A stretch of DNA of 20,000 bases. Source: an uncultured virus (IMG/VR IMGVR_UViG_3300024505_000864) (Duplodnaviria; Heunggongvirae; Uroviricota; Caudoviricetes). The stretch lies in IMG/VR virus record IMGVR_UViG_3300024505_000864; one strand, given 5' to 3'. The stretch's first letter is position 1. The number at the start of each line of letters is the position of its first letter. The position numbers and the translations under genes were made by a program. This document shows, piece after piece, positions 13,747-20,000 of this stretch. The notes under the pieces are model-generated. The model was not told where the DNA came from and made no database searches. It saw only the letters and a program-made list of their open reading frames with translations.

Positions 13747-16700
13747 TTATCCGAAGGTGACTAACTGACCAAAGACATTATATACACTTCCTGTATAGAA
13801 AATAGTAAATGCAATTGCGTCTTTTTTAGATGCATTTCCTGTTGGAACTGAACCACCCTGCCAGTTGATTGTTTGTGCTGAACCACCAATTTGGAGTGCA
13901 GTTGGAACATAAGGAGTTACACCTTGAGTAATCATCAAAGTAACGTTAGTTAAACAGTTTGCACTTAAATTTAGATTTGTAAGATTTGCAGTCCAATTAC
14001 CATTAACTGTTGAAGTGATGTAGAAAGTATTTCCAGTAGAACAATCGAGAGCAACTACTGCAGCAGAAGCAATAGTTGTACTGTAAGAATTATAAGTTTC
14101 TTCTACTTGCTGAACTTGTAATCCTGCAGTTGTGAATACATTTCCATTAAATGTTGTGATACCAGTAAATGAATTATTTGATCCAGAAGTTATTCCAGTT
14201 CCCGTAATTGTTACATTACCAGTATTTTGACTAACTGAAATGCCAGAACCTGCTGTAATGAAGGTTACAATACCAGTTAAATTGGAACCAGAACCCCTGA
14301 AAGAAGATGCAGTAACGATTCCAGAAGAATTTACTGAAGAAACAGTAATGTTTGGAGATCCTGTAAGATTCTGTGCAACTGTTGCAATACCCGAAGTTGT
14401 TGCATATCCAGAAATTGTAGATACTCCTGCAGTATTGGAATAAGTTGCAATACCAGAAGTTGATGAGTAAGTAGATACTCCTGCAGTATTGGAATAAGTT
14501 GCAATACCAGAAGTTGATGAGTAAGTAGATACTCCTGCAGTATTGGAATAAGTTGCAATACCAGAAGTTGATGAGTAAGTACTTATTCCACTAAAATCAG
14601 AATAAGTAGCAATACCTGAAGTTTCAACGTAAGTTTGAGGTACAACCGTAATAGTCGATGCGGTTCCAGATGCAGTTGCGGTTATGTTATTTCCAACAAA
14701 ATTGAGAGAGAATACACTCCCTGCAGTACCTACAGTTACACTTTCATCTTTTATTGTTAATCCTACAGAATTTCCACCACCTCCACCGAGAGCAGTGATT
14801 GTAACCTTTCCAGTATTTTGGTCTACAAGAATTCCAGATCCTGCTTCAATATAAGTAACAATACCAGTTAAGTTTGAACCAGAATCACCAGAAGTTATAA
14901 ATCCTACTAAAGATTCAGTAGTTGCATATCCAACTAAAGAATTAGTAACATATCCTTCAGTAGCATAACCACTTAAAGCACCAGAAGTTATAAATCCTAC
15001 TAAAGATTCAGTAGTTGCATAACCAGTTAGATCTGGTGGAGTATAATTAAATACACCACTTGTATTATTATACGTAAGTGTGGAAATACCAGGAGAAGAT
15101 ATAGTTACTGATAAATCAGTGAGAGCAATTCCTCCTCCACCTCCTCCACCAGTAGCAGTGATTGTTACATTACCTGTCGATTGGTCAATGGAAATTCCAG
15201 AACCAGCAGTGATATAAGTCACAATACCAGTTAAATTAGAACCAGATGCACCTGAAGTAATAAATCCAACTAAAGAATTAGTGACATAACCTTCAGTTGC
15301 ATAACCACTTAAAGCACCAGAAGTAATAAATCCAACACTATTAGTAAGATCTCCAGTATCAGAAGGAATAAATGGTTTATTAATTAGATCATTATAATCT
15401 CCAGAGAATGTGGATAGTCCAGAGATAGCATTAGTAACATAACCTTCAGTTGCATAACCACTTAAAGCACCAGAAGTAATAAATCCAACTAAAGAATTAG
15501 TAACATAACCTTCAGTTGCATAACCACTTAAAGCACCAGAAGTAATAAATCCAACACTATTAGTTAAATCACCTGTATCAGAGGGAATAAACGGTGTATT
15601 TGTTAAATCATTATAATCTCCAGAGAATGTGGAGAATCCAGAGATAGCATTATTAACATAACCTTCAGTTGCATAACCAACTAAAGAATTAGTGACATAA
15701 CCTTCAGTTGCATAACCACTTAAAGCACTAGAAGTAATAAATCCAACACTATTAGTTAAGTCCCCTGTGTCTGAGGGAATAAATGGTTTATTAATTAGAT
15801 CATTATAATCTCCAGAGAATGTAGATAGTCCAGATAAAGCACCTGAAGTAATAAATCCAACACTATTAGTAAGATCTCCAGTATCAGAAGGAATAGATGG
15901 AGTATTAGTTAAATTATTATAATCTAAGTAATAAGATCCAGGTTGATTATCCAAATAATATGATGTAGTTGCAGTTCCAATAAGGTCCCCATTAAAATTA
16001 ATGGCAGTAACTACTCCTGTAAAATTAGATCCACTTAAATTTGCTTTTTGTGACAAAGCATTAGTTATTGTTGTAGCAAAATTAGCATCATCATTTAATG
16101 CTGCTGCCAATTCATTCAATGTATCCAATGATTCTGGAGCAGAATCTATTAAATTAGTAATTTGTTGGTTTACATAACCTTCAGTTGCATATCCTATTAA
16201 ATTTGGAGGAGTGTAATTAAAAACTCCAGTTGAATTATCATAATTAAGTGTAGAAATTCCAGAAGGAGATACCGTTACCGATAAATCAGCAAGTGAGATT
16301 CCCCCACCACCAGAAACAGTTTCAAATACAAAATTACCTAAAGAGTGATCATACTTAAGAAACTTTCCATCATAAACACTTGGATTCGTTGCGATACCAA
16401 CAATATCATCAAGATATTTTAAACGTGTTTCTCCTCCACCACCAATTGTAGCAATTTGTTGTTGAATACGATTTATGAATAATCTATAATGCTGTTGAAG
16501 TTGATCTAGTGTTACAAAATTTTGATTCAGTGGGGTTAATGGATCACTATTTTTAACTTCAGGTGGTTCTGCAAATGATCCTTCTTTAAGAACTTCTTCA
16601 ACAATAATTTCAGGTTCAATTTTAGAATAAGTTTCTTTAATAAAATCAATCTTTTTTTCAAGTCTTTCAATATTTTCTTGAAAATTTCCTAATGAAATTT

Positions 16701-17400
16701 TTTCAATTTCTACAAAAACTTCTTCTTTAAGATCAACCAATTGTTTATGATGTTCTTGTAAATAGTTGTCTATATTTTTAATATGTTGCTCATTAATCGC
16801 AACATCTGCTTTTACATCAGCAAGTCCTTTATAATAATCATCTTTTGTTTTATTTACTTCTGAAAAAGTCTCATGTAATTGTTGATTAAAATATTCTACA
16901 TTACTATCAACAACATTAACTATATCATCAAATTTTGATTCAATATCTTCTCTGATATCTAAAATATTTTCTTCTACAACTTTTTTAAGACTATCTATTC
17001 GGTCTTCAATAAAAAGTTCATTCTTTGTAAATTGTTTTTTATATTTCGGAATCTCATTTTGTACAAGATCCTCTACAATACCAGTAAGATCTAATAGACT
17101 ACTTTTAAATTCTTTTAAATCCTTTTTATTTAATCCTTTAACTTGATTTTGAATTGTTTTAAAATTTTCATCAAGAATCATCAATTGAGAAAGCATTGCA
17201 TTCTCAAGATCAGTCCTGCTTAATTTTTCAGAAAGTTGTTGTGATAAATCTTCAACTTTTTCAGAAATCTGATTTATTTTCTCAAAAGTATTTAAAAATT
17301 TATCATAACTTTCAGAAATATTTGAAGAGATCTCTGGAGTTTCAAAAACTCCAGAAATTTCTTTTTTATTAAATAACTCTGATGGTTTTTTTAGTGCCAC
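13747..17400 (-). CDS. Large tail-fibre-like structural protein (1217 aa)
   Basis: About 300-aa N-terminal coiled coil, fibre motif APESLDTLNELAAALNDDANFATT, G/S/T-rich repeats and a beta-rich C-terminal domain. Confidence 0.75.
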   Translation of the reverse strand: MALKKPSELFNKKEISGVFETPEISSNISESYDKFLNTFEKINQISEKVEDLSQQLSEKLSRTDLENAMLSQLMILDENFKTIQNQVKGLNKKDLKEFKSSLLDLTGIVEDLVQNEIPKYKKQFTKNELFIEDRIDSLKKVVEENILDIREDIESKFDDIVNVVDSNVEYFNQQLHETFSEVNKTKDDYYKGLADVKADVAINEQHIKNIDNYLQEHHKQLVDLKEEVFVEIEKISLGNFQENIERLEKKIDFIKETYSKIEPEIIVEEVLKEGSFAEPPEVKNSDPLTPLNQNFVTLDQLQQHYRLFINRIQQQIATIGGGGETRLKYLDDIVGIATNPSVYDGKFLKYDHSLGNFVFETVSGGGGISLADLSVTVSPSGISTLNYDNSTGVFNYTPPNLIGYATEGYVNQQITNLIDSAPESLDTLNELAAALNDDANFATTITNALSQKANLSGSNFTGVVTAINFNGDLIGTATTSYYLDNQPGSYYLDYNNLTNTPSIPSDTGDLTNSVGFITSGALSGLSTFSGDYNDLINKPFIPSDTGDLTNSVGFITSSALSGYATEGYVTNSLVGYATEGYVNNAISGFSTFSGDYNDLTNTPFIPSDTGDLTNSVGFITSGALSGYATEGYVTNSLVGFITSGALSGYATEGYVTNAISGLSTFSGDYNDLINKPFIPSDTGDLTNSVGFITSGALSGYATEGYVTNSLVGFITSGASGSNLTGIVTYITAGSGISIDQSTGNVTITATGGGGGGGIALTDLSVTISSPGISTLTYNNTSGVFNYTPPDLTGYATTESLVGFITSGALSGYATEGYVTNSLVGYATTESLVGFITSGDSGSNLTGIVTYIEAGSGILVDQNTGKVTITALGGGGGNSVGLTIKDESVTVGTAGSVFSLNFVGNNITATASGTASTITVVPQTYVETSGIATYSDFSGISTYSSTSGIATYSNTAGVSTYSSTSGIATYSNTAGVSTYSSTSGIATYSNTAGVSTISGYATTSGIATVAQNLTGSPNITVSSVNSSGIVTASSFRGSGSNLTGIVTFITAGSGISVSQNTGNVTITGTGITSGSNNSFTGITTFNGNVFTTAGLQVQQVEETYNSYSTTIASAAVVALDCSTGNTFYITSTVNGNWTANLTNLNLSANCLTNVTLMITQGVTPYVPTALQIGGSAQTINWQGGSVPTGNASKKDAIAFTIFYTGSVYNVFGQLVTFG
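14417..14578. repeat. Three perfect 54-bp tandem repeats (18 aa, YSSTSGIATYSNTAGVST)
   Basis: Identical units start at 14417, 14471 and 14525. Confidence 0.95.
14860..15900. repeat. Mosaic of near-identical coding repeats in the fibre gene (boundaries approximate)
   Basis: IPSDTGDLTNSVGFITS occurs four times. GYATEGYV, TFSGDYNDL and VGFITSG recur in changing order with high nucleotide identity. Confidence 0.85.
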
Positions 17401-17482
17401 TTATATTCTTCAAATTTTCGTTAGAAATATTTATTATACCATCATCTACTAAATATTTAAAGTGTTCACCTACACAAGAAAA

Positions 17483-17944
17483 ATGAAAAGACTATTATTT
17501 GCCTTTTCGTTATTCTTTACCATTCCCGTCAGTGCTGCTGAAATCACCTCAAGAATCACCGATTCTGTTCAACTAAAAGTTGATGGTGCTGCTGTTCAAT
17601 CAACCAGAATAGGTGCATCATACTCTACATCAGGAACCAATGTCCAAGCAACATCCTTTGGTGGTGTTGGTGGTGCTGGAACCTATGATATCAATACTCC
17701 AGGTCAGGCATTTACTTTCTCCGAAAGTTTTAATGCTGCTGATACTCCCGTAACTACCCAAACAGTAACAAATGGTGTTATTGGAACTCCCAATCTTTAT
17801 GGAGATAGTGTAACTCAAGTTGGTGGTGAAAAAGGGACCCTTGCAGGTACTCTTTCTCCAACTGGTGTTCCTACTGTTACTGCTGGTGGTGCAGGAACAA
17901 GTGGTATTGCCCAAAGAACAATCGAACTGAGTGTATTCAAATGA
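17483..17944 (+). CDS. Hypothetical exported or virion protein (G/T-rich, signal-peptide-like start MKRLLFAF)
   Basis: ORF track 17462..17944. ATG at 17483 gives a typical signal peptide. Late-promoter-like CTAAATA at about 17449-17455. Confidence 0.75.
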   Translation: MKRLLFAFSLFFTIPVSAAEITSRITDSVQLKVDGAAVQSTRIGASYSTSGTNVQATSFGGVGGAGTYDINTPGQAFTFSESFNAADTPVTTQTVTNGVIGTPNLYGDSVTQVGGEKGTLAGTLSPTGVPTVTAGGAGTSGIAQRTIELSVFK

Positions 17945-18306
17945 GACATTTAACTCCCGTTTTGCTTTTAGCAACGGGAGTCATCTGTACTCCCGTTTAC
18001 GCTGAGAGTGTTGTGCCTAATTTCACAAGAGGCACAATCAATGCAACCACAGAATCTACTACAAAGATTATAGAATCTATTCGTCAAGTTGAATATACTA
18101 CTGGCGAATCATACACTGTAACTGGAACGAACATCAATATTCCTGGAAATCCAAATAAGGACTCGGAATATAGTATTATAACTCCTGGTGCTCCATTCCA
18201 GTTCAGTGAAACCTATCTCGGACCTGGAGTGGCAAAAGAAACATGGATAGATCGCACAACAGAAACTCAATCAACCACTACATCAATCTCTGTCTTTACG
18301 CAATAA
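17941..18306 (+). CDS. Hypothetical protein with signal-peptide-like N-terminus
   Basis: ATGA overlap. VVPNF and GAPFQFSETYLGPG motifs. Confidence 0.75.
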   Translation: MRHLTPVLLLATGVICTPVYAESVVPNFTRGTINATTESTTKIIESIRQVEYTTGESYTVTGTNINIPGNPNKDSEYSIITPGAPFQFSETYLGPGVAKETWIDRTTETQSTTTSISVFTQ

Positions 18307-18839
18307 TCTCAACAGGGACTGCATTTGCTCAAAGCACTCCTGCACCTAGCAATACAAACATTGCTGGACCAAGTGCAAGTGCTACAGGAAACGTAACAAA
18401 CCAAGCAGTACAAGTTCTTCAAGGACCATATGCACTCAATACTTATGGTGGTGGAGTAAGTTGTCAAGGTGCAACTTTTTCAATCTCACCATTTGCTATG
18501 AGTAGCAACAACAATAGTGATGATCCAGAATCCTTTGCATCACGCAATGGAAACTGGGGTATCTCTGCTGGTCTTAATATTCCATTAGATAACAATCTAA
18601 TGAACTTATGTAAGAGAAGAGCAGAGACTGAAATTGCTAGACAACAAAGTGAAGTAGAAAAAAGTCGTTTAGATTTTGAATTAGTAAGAGGAAAACTTTG
18701 CCTTGAAATGATTAAAAATGGAGGTTTCTTTCACCCAGAAAGTCCCTATGGGAAAGTGTGCGCCGATATAGTTGGACCATCTCCGAATGGATATTTAATG
18801 ACTGGAAATGGACAAGTTGTTTCTAAAATAACAAAATAG
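18243..18839 (+). CDS. Hypothetical protein (start uncertain)
   Basis: ORF track. GGGVSCQG, LDFELVR..C and FHPESPY..C motifs. Confidence 0.7.
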   Translation: MDRSHNRNSINHYINLCLYAIISTGTAFAQSTPAPSNTNIAGPSASATGNVTNQAVQVLQGPYALNTYGGGVSCQGATFSISPFAMSSNNNSDDPESFASRNGNWGISAGLNIPLDNNLMNLCKRRAETEIARQQSEVEKSRLDFELVRGKLCLEMIKNGGFFHPESPYGKVCADIVGPSPNGYLMTGNGQVVSKITK

Positions 18840-18896
18840 GTTAGACTTTGAACTTCTTAATTTGTATAAATAATAATATAAGTTCAAAGTCTAACC
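18839..18896 (+). promoter_or_regulatory. 17-bp perfect inverted repeat enclosing a late promoter
   Basis: GGTTAGACTTTGAACTT (18839-18855) / AAGTTCAAAGTCTAACC (18880-18896). TATAAATA at 18865-18872. ATG at 18899. Confidence 0.85.
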
Positions 18897-18898
18897 AT

Positions 18899-19525
18899 AT
18901 GGGAAAAATCTATTTAATTAGAAATACAATCAATAATAAAGTATATGTAGGACAAACAAAATTAACTCTTGAACAAAGATTTAAAGAACACCAACAACAT
19001 AGTAAAAAAACGGCAATATCACACGCCATTCAAAAATATGGAAAGGAAAACTTTATAATAGAACTTTTAGAAGAATGTAATATTACAAATCTTGACAAAA
19101 AAGAAACTTTCTATATTAAAAAATATAACTCATACGAACAAGGATATAATAATACAATAGGTGGAGGAAGTCAGTACATTTCACACACACCAGAAGTAAA
19201 ACAGAAATTAAGTGAGGCAGCAAAAGGAAAATTAGTTGGTGAAAAAAATCCAGCAAAAAGACCAGAGGTTAGACAAAAAATTAGTGAGGCGGCAAAGAGA
19301 AGAGTTGAAAGTGGGGAGTGGGTTAGTCCAACAACAGGCGGGCATACCCCAGAAGCATTAGAAAAAATGAGAGCAAATCAACCAGATAGAAGTGGAAAAA
19401 ATAATTCTCGTTATGGCGTAAAGATGAGTGAAGAAACTAAACAAAAAATTAGAGAGAAGCAATTAGCCGCTCAACAAAGAAAAAGAGAAGAAAGGTTGAA
19501 AAATGGAACCAATACAACTAATTGA
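18899..19525 (+). CDS. GIY-YIG homing endonuclease (Seg / I-TevI-like) with NUMOD3 repeats
   Basis: GKIYLIRNTINNKVYVGQT..RFKEH..E..GYN, then HTPEVKQKLS, GKNNSRYG and MSEETKQKI. Confidence 0.92.
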   Translation: MGKIYLIRNTINNKVYVGQTKLTLEQRFKEHQQHSKKTAISHAIQKYGKENFIIELLEECNITNLDKKETFYIKKYNSYEQGYNNTIGGGSQYISHTPEVKQKLSEAAKGKLVGEKNPAKRPEVRQKISEAAKRRVESGEWVSPTTGGHTPEALEKMRANQPDRSGKNNSRYGVKMSEETKQKIREKQLAAQQRKREERLKNGTNTTN

Positions 19526-20000
19526 TAATCCAAATCTAAGACCAATAATCGGAAATAATCCGATTAACATACCAAGTGCAAACATCAATCGAATATCTGG
19601 TCCATCTGTAATCTCGACTATAGATAGACCAAATGTTCGTAGTGTAGAAACACCTGTTGTTCGTGGATTAGAAGTTCCTATTGTTGATGTTCCAAATACT
19701 GCAATCAAGTATCCAATTATTAATGTTCCCACTCAAGCAGAGTTTGATGCTGCAGTAAATGCAGAACGTCAAAAACAAGCATCAGAAAAAGAAGAAAAAA
19801 CAAGGGGGTTACCAGATACTACCCCCCCTCCTCAACTGCCTCAGGTTGTTCAAACCCCCCCTACTCAAACTCCTACTCCAGTTGCAGAAGTTCCAGCAGA
19901 TAAACCACAACCAACATTTTCTGTTTATGGTGTCGATATTAATTTACCTGACCCTTCTCTTGTTGCTACGGCTGGTGCTGTCGCAGTAGTCACAACTGCT
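19503..20000 (+). CDS. Pro-rich hypothetical protein, 5' part (MEPIQLIDNPNLRPIIG...)
   Basis: Open from ATG 19503 to the window end (166 codons), so it is absent from the ORF track. Confidence 0.75.
   Translation, partial: MEPIQLIDNPNLRPIIGNNPINIPSANINRISGPSVISTIDRPNVRSVETPVVRGLEVPIVDVPNTAIKYPIINVPTQAEFDAAVNAERQKQASEKEEKTRGLPDTTPPPQLPQVVQTPPTQTPTPVAEVPADKPQPTFSVYGVDINLPDPSLVATAGAVAVVTTA

Noticed and set aside
14417..14578. CRISPR array or DGR template/variable repeats
   Set aside because: Units are contiguous, spacer-less and in-frame coding. No cas or reverse transcriptase gene and no adenine-specific mismatches are seen.
18848..18898. N-terminal extension of the GIY-YIG ORF
   Set aside because: It lies within the regulatory hairpin and late promoter. 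The GIY motif starts right after ATG 18899.
19463..19989. Track ORFs 19463..19732 (-) and 19759..19989 (+)
   Set aside because: Both overlap the longer open frame starting at 19503, which continues the operon.
1..20000. tRNA or rRNA genes
   Set aside because: No cloverleaf with a T-loop and acceptor stem was seen in the intergenic gaps. tRNAscan-SE would confirm.

Overview
AT-rich window from a T4-like cyanomyovirus, probably freshwater. This assignment is inferred from psbA, psbD, talC, gnd, glutaredoxin, thyX, T4-type TATAAATA late promoters and virion proteins. Positions 1-17400 are encoded on the minus strand: thyX (partial), small conserved ORFs, a tandem glutamine-riboswitch-like leader driving a DUF4278 peptide, glutaredoxin, an HNH nuclease, gnd, talC, psbD, a psbA split by a 254-nt group I intron, and two virion proteins. 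A plus-strand operon starts at about 17480. Four free-standing homing-endonuclease genes are present, each behind a late promoter. Main observations: (1) a 68-aa ORF lies entirely inside the P2 loop of the first glutamine-riboswitch-like aptamer and is closed by long-range pairing between its own start and end. (2) An orphaned 24-codon psbD 5' remnant with its own promoter and RBS lies 2 kb upstream of a full psbD whose 5' part is divergent. (3) The ORF-less psbA intron sits next to an endonuclease that does not look like F-CphI. All calls were made by eye and no database searches were run.
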